This document shows positions 1 through 7,928 of a stretch of DNA of 32,000 nucleotides, in pieces. The stretch spans positions 1,080,001-1,112,000 of the forward strand of contig OZ245819.1 in the NCBI GenBank assembly GCA_965228485.1, given 5' to 3'. Below the pieces are notes generated by a model. The model searched no databases, had not been told where the DNA came from, and saw only the letters and a list, made by a program, of their open reading frames with translations. A program made the position numbers and the translations under genes. The DNA is from Candidatus Saccharimonadota bacterium (GTDB lineage Bacteria; Patescibacteriota; Gracilibacteria; UBA4473). Position 1 is the first letter of the stretch; every line of letters starts with the position of its first letter.

Positions 1-68
1 GAAAGGTCTAGTACATTAGCTTCCCCGACAGTATCTCTTGAGATATCTCTTAAAATTCTAAAAGCCAT
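1..68 (-). CDS. 5' end of an unidentified ORF that runs off the left edge (MAFRILRDISRDTVGEANVLDL...)
   Basis: ATG at 68-66 on the minus strand, open to position 1. Only 22 codons are visible and no recognisable motif is present. Confidence 0.2.
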   Translation of the reverse strand, partial: MAFRILRDISRDTVGEANVLDL

Positions 69-238
69 GAATGGTGGCGTTCGATCGATATCGAATAAAA
101 TTTGACTCATTTGTAAAATTTTTTTCGAGAATACGTATTAAAAATATTTTTTCTAATAAAAATTGTATTTTATGGTTGACCTTGGTGTTTTTTGTACCTG
201 TTTACAAGGTGGGGGAAACTGATAGAGTGAATATTAGA

Positions 239-913
239 ATGGGTATGGCTGAAAAAACTTTGAATGTTTATCGAAAAAGGGCTCAAAATTGGGCGAATTT
301 TTTGGGAAATTTTCCAGGAGTTGAAGCGATCTTTTTGTCGGGAAGCCTGGCTACGGGTAAGGCGAATATCAATTCTGATATTGATTTTTTTGTAATTGCT
401 ACCCCAGGGAGAATCTGGACAGCTCGTTTTTGGATATTTGTCTGTCTCAGGCTCACAGGAAATCTGGCCAAACCTCACAATCACCCTGGGAAAATCTGTC
501 CAAATCATTTTATTACGAGTGATAACCTAGAGATTCAGGATAAAAATGGTTACAGTGCCTATCTTTTTTCTCGTAATAAACCTTTGTTTGACCCGGCTAA
601 TATTTTTGAAGCTTTTGCGATAAAAAATGCATGGGTTTCAGAATTTAAGGAGTCTTTTCCAGTACAAATTTTATCTACCAATTTAGAAACAAAACTTCCA
701 AAGGCTCAATCTAAAAATTGGACAGAGAGGTTATTGGAACGTTTTCAAAAAAAGAAAATAATGAAGAATCCTGATTTTAATAATGAGTCAGCCAAAATTG
801 CGTTTAATGATCAGGAATTACGATTTCATCCAGTCGCTAAAAGTCGTCATTGGAAAAAACCTAAGGTTGTTGAGCAAGAGCTTGAAATTCACAATCCTTA
901 TCAAAAACCTTAG
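239..913 (+). CDS. Pol-beta-superfamily nucleotidyltransferase domain protein
   Basis: G-S...DxD signature 'FLSGSLATGKANINSDIDFFVIATPG'. The ORF track opens at 71, but the first 56 codons are low-complexity and AT-driven. The ATG at 239 gives a normal NTase N-terminus. Confidence 0.6.
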   Translation: MGMAEKTLNVYRKRAQNWANFLGNFPGVEAIFLSGSLATGKANINSDIDFFVIATPGRIWTARFWIFVCLRLTGNLAKPHNHPGKICPNHFITSDNLEIQDKNGYSAYLFSRNKPLFDPANIFEAFAIKNAWVSEFKESFPVQILSTNLETKLPKAQSKNWTERLLERFQKKKIMKNPDFNNESAKIAFNDQELRFHPVAKSRHWKKPKVVEQELEIHNPYQKP

Positions 914-1311
914 TTTTTTGAGTCTAGAAATGTTTGTTTGTCTATAATATAGTTTGATGTTCCAGGTAGATAGTGGGTCGAAGAAAAGCAGAGCATTACT
1001 GCTTCTGGAGAGAAATCTTTGAATTCATGCCAACAATTTTTTTCGACGAGGAGCGCTTTATTCTTTCTGTCGAGTAAGATTTCTTTGTCTCCATTTCCAT
1101 CATTTACTACGGCGGTAATGCTTCCTTGAGCGGCCACGAATACTTCAGCTTCTATTAAGTGAGCATGCCCCCCCCTAACAGCTCCATCATTGGCAGTCAC
1201 TAGATAAACTCTCTTAACTTCAAAAGGAAAATTTTCATCTAGTTCAAAAGGAATTAGTCCACCACGATCATCTTCAAACTGGGGAAAATCGATAATTTGA
1301 TAAAGATTCAT
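910..1311 (-). CDS. FdtA/WxcM-type cupin (dTDP-4-keto-6-deoxy-sugar 3,4-ketoisomerase-like)
   Basis: 'DDRGGLIPFE...PFEVKRVYLV...GAVRGGHAH...WHEFKDFS' matches the FdtA/WxcM C-terminal cupin pattern. The ORF-track start at 1344 is a GTG; the ATG at 1311 (MNLYQIIDF) matches the family N-terminus. Its stop overlaps the stop of the convergent 239..913 gene by 4 nt. Confidence 0.78.
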   Translation of the reverse strand: MNLYQIIDFPQFEDDRGGLIPFELDENFPFEVKRVYLVTANDGAVRGGHAHLIEAEVFVAAQGSITAVVNDGNGDKEILLDRKNKALLVEKNCWHEFKDFSPEAVMLCFSSTHYLPGTSNYIIDKQTFLDSKN

Positions 1312-1357
1312 CTTTATTATTCTAAGGTATTTTACGCAAATCACAATACCTGTCGGT

Positions 1358-1386
1358 TTGACAGATTTGGTTGTCCAGACTACAAT
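1358..1386 (+). promoter_or_regulatory. sigma70-type promoter TTGACA-17-TACAAT for the 1418 lipoprotein gene
   Basis: TTGACA at 1358-1363, a 17-nt spacer, and TACAAT at 1381-1386, 31 nt upstream of the ATG. Confidence 0.5.
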
Positions 1387-1417
1387 CGGCTCTGTTTTAT
1401 CACTTAATTAAAAAAAA

Positions 1418-1756
1418 ATGAAAATTCTATCTCTATTGGTAGTAGCGTTTGCACTTGTTGCTTGTTTGCCTGAACCTGCTGAACCACCAGCACCTTCAGC
1501 TTCTCTAGAAGAAAAACTAGAAGAAAAAATGGCTGAAGAAAAAGCTACTGAGGAAAACACAGAAGAAGCCGCTACTGAAGAAAATACAGAAGCTGCTACG
1601 GAAGAACCAGCAGAAGAAGCTGCTGTAGATCCTGAAGTTCAAGCTCAACTTGAAGCGGAAGCTCAAGAAGCTGCTGAAGCTCAAGCAAAAGCTGAAGCGG
1701 ACCCTTCAATCGTAATTGAAGAAGAACTTACTAATCAACCAATTATTATCGAGTAA
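1418..1756 (+). CDS. Small acidic Glu/Ala-rich lipoprotein
   Basis: Signal peptide with lipobox 'FALVAC'. The mature part is E/A/T low complexity with internal repeats (ATEENTEEA x3, EAEAQEAAEAQAKAEA). Confidence 0.65.
   Translation: MKILSLLVVAFALVACLPEPAEPPAPSASLEEKLEEKMAEEKATEENTEEAATEENTEAATEEPAEEAAVDPEVQAQLEAEAQEAAEAQAKAEADPSIVIEEELTNQPIIIE
1544..1621 (+). repeat. Three imperfect in-frame tandem units (27/24/27 nt) inside the lipoprotein gene
   Basis: The units gctactgaggaaaacacagaagaagcc, gctactgaagaaaatacagaagct and gctacggaagaaccagcagaagaagct are read directly from the sequence. Confidence 0.7.
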
Positions 1757-1779
1757 TTGGTCAATAATCGAACAAAACT

Positions 1780-1809
1780 AAAAAAGTGCTCAGTTAGGGC
1801 ACTTTTTTT
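1780..1809. terminator. Bidirectional rho-independent terminator between convergent genes
   Basis: AAAAAAGTGC-(loop)-GCACTTTTTTT. An A-run lies 5' and a T-run lies 3', so a U-tract follows the hairpin on either strand. Confidence 0.6.
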
Positions 1810-2728
1810 ATTCTAAATATTGTTGGTGTGTTTTCTTTAGATCAGCGTTTGCCACATGTGTATAGATTTGTGTGGTGGCAATATTACTGTGTCCAAGCAT
1901 TTCTTGGACGGATCTTAGATCGGCTCCATTTTTTAGAAGAGTGGTCGCAAAAGTATGTCTTAACTTATGTGGGGTTACAGGTTTTGTGATTCCGCATTTT
2001 CTTCCTCTATCACGAATCATAATTTCTATAGCGGTTCGACTCAGCCGTCGAGATTCCCCGTTGGTTTCAAATTCGTCTTTTCTCATGCGAGCATTGATGA
2101 ATAGAGGAGGGTACACATCTTCTCTTAAATCTAAATATCGCTCAAGGCAGTTGATAGCCAGGTCAGTAAGGAAGACGCTTCGATATTTCTTTCCTTTTCC
2201 GAGAACGTTAAATTCTTTGGTCTTTAAGTTTACTTGCTCACGGTTAAGCGCGCAGAGTTCCGATATTCGGAGCCCAGTAGAGAATAGGATTTCGACAATC
2301 GCACGATCTCGCGCTGCGATGAGTGGGTTTTTGCTATCATTGTATTCTCTCAATCTTTTGAGTTCTTCTAGAGTCAACCCCGAGACGTCTCTGGGATCAT
2401 TTTTTGGAAGGTCTATTTTTTCAGGATTTAGGATTGGATCGTCAAGTTCCTGCTTTATGCAGTACTTTAGAAAGCTTCTGACAGGGATGAGATAAATGTT
2501 TTGGGTGCTTCTGCTTATCGGGTCTCCATTTCTAGTTTTGATCTCAAAAATATGATCTCGAAATGTATCGAGTTTCTCGAGGGTTATTTCCCCCAGACTA
2601 ATGTTTTGTGGAAGACTTTCTTCAAGTAATATTAGAGATTTTTGGTAGTTTCTAAGGGTATATTCTGAAGCATTTTGGTACAGCTTTAGATGTCTTAGGT
2701 ATTTTTCAATGGCCTTCGATAACTTCAT
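1808..2728 (-). CDS. xerC: Tyrosine site-specific recombinase, XerC/XerD family
   Basis: C-terminal catalytic box 'HKLRHTFATTLLKNGADLRSVQEMLGHSNIATTQIYTHV' plus 'ARDRAIVEILFSTGLRISEL' (Arg) and an N-terminal SAM-like domain. XerC versus XerD cannot be resolved by eye. Confidence 0.88.
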   Translation of the reverse strand: MKLSKAIEKYLRHLKLYQNASEYTLRNYQKSLILLEESLPQNISLGEITLEKLDTFRDHIFEIKTRNGDPISRSTQNIYLIPVRSFLKYCIKQELDDPILNPEKIDLPKNDPRDVSGLTLEELKRLREYNDSKNPLIAARDRAIVEILFSTGLRISELCALNREQVNLKTKEFNVLGKGKKYRSVFLTDLAINCLERYLDLREDVYPPLFINARMRKDEFETNGESRRLSRTAIEIMIRDRGRKCGITKPVTPHKLRHTFATTLLKNGADLRSVQEMLGHSNIATTQIYTHVANADLKKTHQQYLE

Positions 2729-2734
2729 GAAATC

Positions 2735-2740
2735 ATTATA
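2735..2740 (-). promoter_or_regulatory. -10 box TATAAT lying 6 nt upstream of the xerC ATG (leaderless-type arrangement)
   Basis: The minus strand reads TATAAT-gatttc-ATG. The -35 is weak (TAGATT). Confidence 0.35.
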
Positions 2741-2772
2741 TTGTGTTAAGTAAACAAAATCTAGAAGGTTGT

Positions 2773-2800
2773 TTGACTTTGTTTTTGTGATTTATATTTT
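2773..2800 (+). promoter_or_regulatory. Promoter TTGACT-16-TATTTT ending 6 nt before the 2807 ATG
   Basis: TTGACT at 2773-2778 and TATTTT at 2795-2800, followed by ctgagc-ATG. No SD is present. Confidence 0.4.
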
Positions 2801-2806
2801 CTGAGC

Positions 2807-3025
2807 ATGATTAAGACCTCAGTGTTAAAACATTCAACAAGTGACTTGGACGTAGTTTTACCTAAAGATCGAGATAGAGTTTTAGCCATTATAGAAGAAA
2901 ATACTCAAAAACAATCTCCAGCAATGAGAGTGGGATTTTGTGATGAGGTAGCTCTTTCTACGGCTTTAAAAGTAGAAGGACTAACTTATGTAGTCGATAA
3001 CATGAATTTATCAGAGGCGGCTTAG
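2807..3025 (+). CDS. Hypothetical 72-aa protein
   Basis: Intact ORF with a well-spaced promoter directly upstream. No recognisable motif. It overlaps the fbp stop by 4 nt (convergent). Confidence 0.4.
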   Translation: MIKTSVLKHSTSDLDVVLPKDRDRVLAIIEENTQKQSPAMRVGFCDEVALSTALKVEGLTYVVDNMNLSEAA

Positions 3026-3942
3026 TCAGCCATTATTTCCAACACTTCACTGACTTCATTTTTAGACCCTACAAAGATCGTTGTATTTTGATGATAGTGT
3101 TCTACGGTGATATCTAGAACGGCTTGGTTGAATTGGTCTTTCCCAACACCTTTGGCTTCTTCAAAAATAAAACTAAATGGAGCACACTCGAAAAGGAGTC
3201 TTAGCTTTCCATTTTCATGATCTTCATCACTTGGATAACAGAAAATACCATTACCTTTTGAAAGAATATGATGTAGATCAGGCACCATTCCCCCTGAGTA
3301 TCGGAGTTTTTGCTGTCGGTCTAGCCAACGCTCCATTACGAGTCGATATTTAGAGTTTTCAGCTACAGCTCGGAGGTTCCCAGGAGCAAAGTATTTGGTG
3401 TCGTCTTTAATGGTGATATCACTTCTTGTGAGAATAAATTCTCCGACATCATTGAGTTCAAATTCATGAACTCCTTTATCTTTGAGGGCAATAGTCATCG
3501 TAATTCTTGGGCCGTAGACCGCGTAGCAGGCGGCTACCATGTTTTCTCCAGCTTTTTGGCCAATAACATCTGGTGTATCCCAAATCCCGAATATAGAGCC
3601 AATAGCAAGATTAGCATTTACTAGAGAACTTCCATCGAGTGGATCATAGGCTACGAAAAAGTTACCACGATGAGCTTCATATTCGATACAGGTTTCCTGT
3701 TCTTCACTAGCAATTACTTTGGCTAGTTCGGACTTCTCAAGTTCGGTAGAGATAATTTTATCGGCCAAGACATCTAGAGCCATTTGTTCCTCTCCAAAGG
3801 AGTTTTGGGTCGCAATTTTTTCCGTGTTCCCAGCCCTGATCGAGAAGTTGATATATTTAATACTTCGGGCGATATGATACAACAAACTTCGAACGTCAGG
3901 ATCGGTACCTCGTTCTCTTAAAAAATGATTAAAAGATTCCAT
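3022..3942 (-). CDS. fbp: Fructose-1,6-bisphosphatase, class I
   Basis: 'EEQMALDVLADK', 'YDPLDGSSLVNANLAIGSIFGI' and 'RYSGGMVPDLHHIL' are class I FBPase motifs. Confidence 0.9.
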   Translation of the reverse strand: MESFNHFLRERGTDPDVRSLLYHIARSIKYINFSIRAGNTEKIATQNSFGEEQMALDVLADKIISTELEKSELAKVIASEEQETCIEYEAHRGNFFVAYDPLDGSSLVNANLAIGSIFGIWDTPDVIGQKAGENMVAACYAVYGPRITMTIALKDKGVHEFELNDVGEFILTRSDITIKDDTKYFAPGNLRAVAENSKYRLVMERWLDRQQKLRYSGGMVPDLHHILSKGNGIFCYPSDEDHENGKLRLLFECAPFSFIFEEAKGVGKDQFNQAVLDITVEHYHQNTTIFVGSKNEVSEVLEIMAD

Positions 3943-4025
3943 TTGGTGAGTGGGATAATATTTTCACAAATAGTATATTAATAAAAAAAAAAATCGGTAT
4001 TCTAATTGCGAAATTTTGTGTATTT

Positions 4026-4487
4026 ATGATGAATTATTGGTTATTTAAATCGGAACCTGATTGTTATTCCATAGATGATCTAAAAAGAGATAAAGTTGAG
4101 CATTGGGACGGAGTTCGCAACTACCAGGCTCGTAATTTTCTACGTGATGAATGTAAAAAGGGCGACTTAATAATTTATTATCATTCTAGCTGTAAAGTTC
4201 CTGCGGCGGTTGGTATTGCGAGAGTTGTTAAAGAAGGCTATCCTGATCATACCGCCTTTGACCCTAAGTCAGATCATCCAGACCTGGATTCTGATCCTGA
4301 AAATCCACGTTGGTTCATGGTTGATGTTGAATTTGTAGAGAAATTTTCAACTCCAATACCTCTTACGGATATGAAAAATATGCCAGAGCTGCAAGGGATG
4401 AAGTTATTGCAAAGGGGAAATAGGTTGAGTCTCTTCCCTATTGATAAACATCATTTTGATATTGTTTCTACGCTGGGAAGACAATAG
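4026..4487 (+). CDS. EVE (PUA-like) domain protein
   Basis: 'NYWLFKSEPDCYSIDDL...WDGVRNYQARNFLRDECKKGDLIIYYHS' is the canonical EVE/THYN1-like N-terminus. Confidence 0.85.
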   Translation: MMNYWLFKSEPDCYSIDDLKRDKVEHWDGVRNYQARNFLRDECKKGDLIIYYHSSCKVPAAVGIARVVKEGYPDHTAFDPKSDHPDLDSDPENPRWFMVDVEFVEKFSTPIPLTDMKNMPELQGMKLLQRGNRLSLFPIDKHHFDIVSTLGRQ

Positions 4488-4501
4488 TTGTTTTTTGTGG
4501 T

Positions 4502-4530
4502 TTGAGTTTTGTTGTTATTTCTGCTATAAT
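4502..4530 (+). promoter_or_regulatory. Promoter TTGAGT-17-TATAAT for the 4555 gene
   Basis: TTGAGT at 4502-4507 and TATAAT at 4525-4530. Confidence 0.45.
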
Positions 4531-4554
4531 AAAGGGATTTTATAACTTTATTTT

Positions 4555-5439
4555 ATGCAAGATTTAACTCCAGAACGGTTAGCTGAAAAAATTAAACAAC
4601 TATTGAATGGGGGCGTAGAATTGGAGGATATTCAACGTATGGCATTGGCTCAAGGGGTCGATGAAATTGTTTTTGCGGAAGCCCTTGATGTTATTCAGGG
4701 AAAAAGTCTTACTGACGATGATTCAGAAGAAGATGAAACTTCAACTGTTCCATCCAACAAAAACAAGCATCTGATTCTTTTTATTGTTGGAGCGATTGTT
4801 TTTATTGGATTGATTTTTGGCGGTTATCTTTTTTGGCAGAAAAATCAGATTCCGGAGAAAGTGGAAGAAGTTGGGACAGTTGTATTAAATGCAGAAGAGA
4901 TTTTCGCTATTAATAATGAGATTGATTTTTTGGAGGGAGAAGAAGAGGCTTTAACTGAAATTATTACAGACATTATAGATTCTCAGGATGAGAATATTTT
5001 TTATGATCTTGAAGAAGATTTTGATTTATCAGGAGTTCAATTTTTTGAAGATCTTGATAACCCTGGATCGTCTCTCGTGGCAGAGGAAGAGTTTGAGGAT
5101 GAAGAAGAGACTATTGAAGAAGAGTTGCTTGCGGAAATTGAAGTTGGAAGATTTGAAATAGCAGGGATGCCAAGAACGGTTCAGCCAGGAGCGCCTTCAG
5201 AAGTGACGGTTTCAGTTTATGATCTTGAAGATCAATTGATTCCTAACTATCAAGGAACCGTAGAATTCCGTTCTACGGCGTTAGATGTGGATTTACCATC
5301 GAATTATACTTTTTCACTTGAGGATGAGGGGAAGGCTAAATTTAAAGTAGTATTTAACAGCTTAGGAAAACACACCTTTGTTGTGAACGAAAAGGATAAT
5401 ACCACCAAAAGAGCCCAGGTTACTGTGAGGATTCGATAA
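4555..5439 (+). CDS. Single-pass membrane protein with an acidic linker and a C-terminal Ig-like beta domain
   Basis: One TM helix ('LILFIVGAIVFIGLIFGGYLFW'), a long D/E-rich segment, and a C-terminal ~95 aa with alternating beta pattern ('EVTVSVYDLEDQ...GTVEFRS...FKVVFNSLGKHTFVV'). Confidence 0.6.
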   Translation: MQDLTPERLAEKIKQLLNGGVELEDIQRMALAQGVDEIVFAEALDVIQGKSLTDDDSEEDETSTVPSNKNKHLILFIVGAIVFIGLIFGGYLFWQKNQIPEKVEEVGTVVLNAEEIFAINNEIDFLEGEEEALTEIITDIIDSQDENIFYDLEEDFDLSGVQFFEDLDNPGSSLVAEEEFEDEEETIEEELLAEIEVGRFEIAGMPRTVQPGAPSEVTVSVYDLEDQLIPNYQGTVEFRSTALDVDLPSNYTFSLEDEGKAKFKVVFNSLGKHTFVVNEKDNTTKRAQVTVRIR

Positions 5440-5453
5440 AGAAGTTCTTAGAC

Positions 5454-5487
5454 AAAAAAAAGCCTGTCTAAATGACAGGCTTTTTTA
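5454..5487. terminator. Bidirectional rho-independent terminator (ends the rpsJ..rpsC operon and the 4555 gene)
   Basis: AAAAAAAAGCCTGTC-TAAAT-GACAGGCTTTTTT is a perfect 8-bp GC-rich stem flanked by A and T runs. Confidence 0.8.
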
Positions 5488-5489
5488 AT

Positions 5490-6131
5490 TTACTCTGATT
5501 TATTCTTTTTAAAGACCAGTCCGTGATAAACCCAGACTTTAACTCCAATTACTCCGTACATTGTAGAAGCTTCACTTGTAGCGTAATCAATATTGGCTCG
5601 TAGAGTATGAAGTGGTACTGTTCCAGCGCTGTAGGTTTCGCTTCGAGCGATGTCTACCCCATTAAGACGTCCACCAACTTTTACTTTAACTCCTTTTACT
5701 CCAGATTCTTTAGCTTTGTCTACTGCCATTTTACAAACTCGTCGGTAAGGGAACCGTCGCGTAATTTGATCAGCAATATTTTGGGCAATTAGTTGTGCGT
5801 TAGCTTCTGGTTTTCGAACCTCTTGAACATTTACTTCAAAAACTTCACCAAACTTTTGTTTTAATGTTTTTTGAAGATTTTGAATTTCTTCTCCTCCTCG
5901 ACCAACGATCATTCCTGGCTTAGCTGCGTGCATGATAATGCTAATTTTCCCAGCACTTCTAACAATTTCTGCTTTAGCTAGACCAGCCTTTTTGTAGTTA
6001 GCTTCAAGGTATTTTCGAATTTCTAAATCTTGTAGAAACTTATCTTGAAAATCTCGTTTTGCGTACCATCGAGAATTCCATGTTCTAGTGATTCCAATAC
6101 GAAGCGAATGCGGTGAAACTTTTTTTCCCAT
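5490..6131 (-). CDS. rpsC: 30S ribosomal protein S3
   Basis: 'MGKKVSPHSLRIGI...WNSRWYA' with KH and S3-C domains. Confidence 0.97.
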   Translation of the reverse strand: MGKKVSPHSLRIGITRTWNSRWYAKRDFQDKFLQDLEIRKYLEANYKKAGLAKAEIVRSAGKISIIMHAAKPGMIVGRGGEEIQNLQKTLKQKFGEVFEVNVQEVRKPEANAQLIAQNIADQITRRFPYRRVCKMAVDKAKESGVKGVKVKVGGRLNGVDIARSETYSAGTVPLHTLRANIDYATSEASTMYGVIGVKVWVYHGLVFKKNKSE

Positions 6132-6137
6132 AAATAA

Positions 6138-6470
6138 TTATGCTTTAGGTTCTAATTCTACTGAAATATGAGCCGTTGGTTTGCTTAGAGGTAAGGCTCG
6201 CCCTCGTGGGGATGGAACGTATCTTCGGTATACTGGACCTTTATTGATAATAATAGATTTTACTTTTAGTTTATCAACGCTCATTCCATCGTTGTTTTCA
6301 GCATTAGATACCGCTGATTGAAGGACTTTATAGATAAGTGCTGCCGATTTTTTTGGAGTAAACCGTAGAATATCTAGAGCCTCTTGAGCGTCTTTTCCCC
6401 GTACAAGACCAGCAACAATGTTAGCCTTTTTTGGTGAAGTCCGAGTTCGTCTTAAATGTGCTTTCATCAA
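6138..6470 (-). CDS. rplV: 50S ribosomal protein L22
   Basis: 'RTSPKKANIVAGLVRGK...ALDILRFTPKK' in the conserved operon position. Confidence 0.96.
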   Translation of the reverse strand: MMKAHLRRTRTSPKKANIVAGLVRGKDAQEALDILRFTPKKSAALIYKVLQSAVSNAENNDGMSVDKLKVKSIIINKGPVYRRYVPSPRGRALPLSKPTAHISVELEPKA

Positions 6471-6494
6471 TTAAATAATTTTGATTCTTAGATA

Positions 6495-6764
6495 TTATTT
6501 AGCAAGTTTACCTCCATGACTTCTGAATCGTCGTGTTGGAGCAAACTCTCCAAGTTTATGCCCTACCATTAGCTCCGTGCAGAACACAGGAATGTGTTCT
6601 TTTCCGTTGTGAACACCAAATGTGTGTCCTACGAATTCTGGAGAGATAGTACAGTCTCTTGACCAAGTCTTGATTACTTTCTTTTGACCAGCAGCGTCCA
6701 TAGCGGCTACTTTTTTTGTCAATCTTGGGTCAACGTACGGTCCTTTTTTGGCTGATCGAGTCAT
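6495..6764 (-). CDS. rpsS: 30S ribosomal protein S19
   Basis: '[10 protein letters not shown]...[23 protein letters not shown]'. Confidence 0.97.
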   Translation of the reverse strand: MTRSAKKGPYVDPRLTKKVAAMDAAGQKKVIKTWSRDCTISPEFVGHTFGVHNGKEHIPVFCTELMVGHKLGEFAPTRRFRSHGGKLAK

Positions 6765-6788
6765 TTTAGTTTATTAAAATAAGTTTAA

Positions 6789-7634
6789 TTATCGTTTTTT
6801 AGCTCGGTGACGAGATACCACAATGAGTTTGTTGCTCGCTTTTTTCCGAGATCGAGTTTTTACTCCAAGAGCATGTGCTCCCCATGGAGTTTTTGGGTAT
6901 TTAAGCCCGATAGGTGATCCTCCTTCTCCCCCTCCATGTGGATGGTCACAAGGGTTCATTGCTTTACCTCGAACGGTTGGTTTTCGCCCTCGATGTCGCA
7001 TTGCACCAGCTTTACCAACTCGAGTTTGGCTATTTTCTTCATTAGAAACAATTCCAATGGTTGCGTAGTTAGTTTTTTCTACATATCGAATTTCTCCTGA
7101 TGGAAGTTGTATCTGAGCTTTTTCTCCGTCTAGAGACACGAGTGTTGCGTATTGTCCTGCACTTCGTACAACTTGCCCTCCTTTGTTTGGAGTGATTTCT
7201 ACGTTGAAGATAGAGTATCCAACTGGAATGTTTTTTAATTGCATTCGGTTTCCTTCTCGTACTTTTGCTTTTGCATCAGTAATAACCTCATCTCCTACTT
7301 TTGCATTCTTATGAGCTAGTACGTATCGTTTGTCTCCATCTTTATAAACTACTAGAGCAATAAAAGCAGTTCGTTTTGGATCGTATTCAATAGCATCGAT
7401 TCGCCCTGGAACTCCAAGTTTCTCAGTTCCATTGAAATCAACCGCTCGGTAATGAGATCGAGTTCCTCCACCTCGGTGTCTGATAGTGATTGTACCGTTC
7501 GATCGCCCCGTAACTTTTTTTGATTTTTTCAAAAGAGACTTCACAGTCGGTTTTTTAGCTGTTACCTGTGCTCGATCATTGAGATTTGTATCTCGTTGAC
7601 CATTCGTCATCGGTTTCAATCGTTTAATTCCCAT
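6789..7634 (-). CDS. rplB: 50S ribosomal protein L2
   Basis: 'RHRGGG...MNPCDHPHGGGEG'. The start overlaps the rplW stop (TAATG). Confidence 0.97.
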   Translation of the reverse strand: MGIKRLKPMTNGQRDTNLNDRAQVTAKKPTVKSLLKKSKKVTGRSNGTITIRHRGGGTRSHYRAVDFNGTEKLGVPGRIDAIEYDPKRTAFIALVVYKDGDKRYVLAHKNAKVGDEVITDAKAKVREGNRMQLKNIPVGYSIFNVEITPNKGGQVVRSAGQYATLVSLDGEKAQIQLPSGEIRYVEKTNYATIGIVSNEENSQTRVGKAGAMRHRGRKPTVRGKAMNPCDHPHGGGEGGSPIGLKYPKTPWGAHALGVKTRSRKKASNKLIVVSRHRAKKR

Positions 7635-7921
7635 TATTTAAAGTCGTTAAAGTTAAGTGTCTTCCCATCTTTTAGGGTAACAATAGCTTTTTTTGATTCA
7701 GATCGTTTTGTTGTCATTTGACCACGATTGAAGAATCTAAATTTAGGTTTAACTTTTAAGATGCTTACTTTTTCTACTTCTACACCATAGAAAGTATTTA
7801 CGGCGTTTTTAACGTCGTTTTTATTCGCTGCAGGATTGATCTGGAATGTGTATTTTCCCGCCATCCCTACAGATTTCTCAGTTTCTACTGGTTTAATGAT
7901 AACGTCTTCAGTTTTAATCAT
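7634..7921 (-). CDS. rplW: 50S ribosomal protein L23
   Basis: 'IIKPVETEKS...YTFQINPAANKNDVKNAV...GVEVEKV' in the conserved operon position. Confidence 0.95.
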   Translation of the reverse strand: MIKTEDVIIKPVETEKSVGMAGKYTFQINPAANKNDVKNAVNTFYGVEVEKVSILKVKPKFRFFNRGQMTTKRSESKKAIVTLKDGKTLNFNDFK

Positions 7922-7928
7922 CGTTAAA

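Noticed and set aside
71-238. N-terminal 56 codons of the ORF-track call 71..913
   Set aside because: The sequence (MVAFDRYRIKFDSFVKFFSRIRIKNIFSNKN...) looks like translated AT-rich intergenic DNA. It precedes the point where NTase-fold proteins normally begin, and it more likely serves as the divergent promoter region.
1872-2495. 207-aa plus-strand ORF, plus similar long antisense ORFs at 30213-30653, 16658-17065, 8053-8391, 22011-22319, 29097-29459 and 24267-24602
   Set aside because: They lie entirely antisense within well-supported genes and have Ser/Arg/Leu-rich shadow-frame composition with no motifs. These are typical shadow ORFs.
1808-2728. Tyrosine recombinase as the integrase of an integrated mobile element
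   Set aside because: Its length and motifs fit chromosomal XerC/XerD. There is no adjacent tRNA, no direct repeats that I could see, and no cargo, phage or plasmid genes. The neighbours are fbp and a lipoprotein gene.
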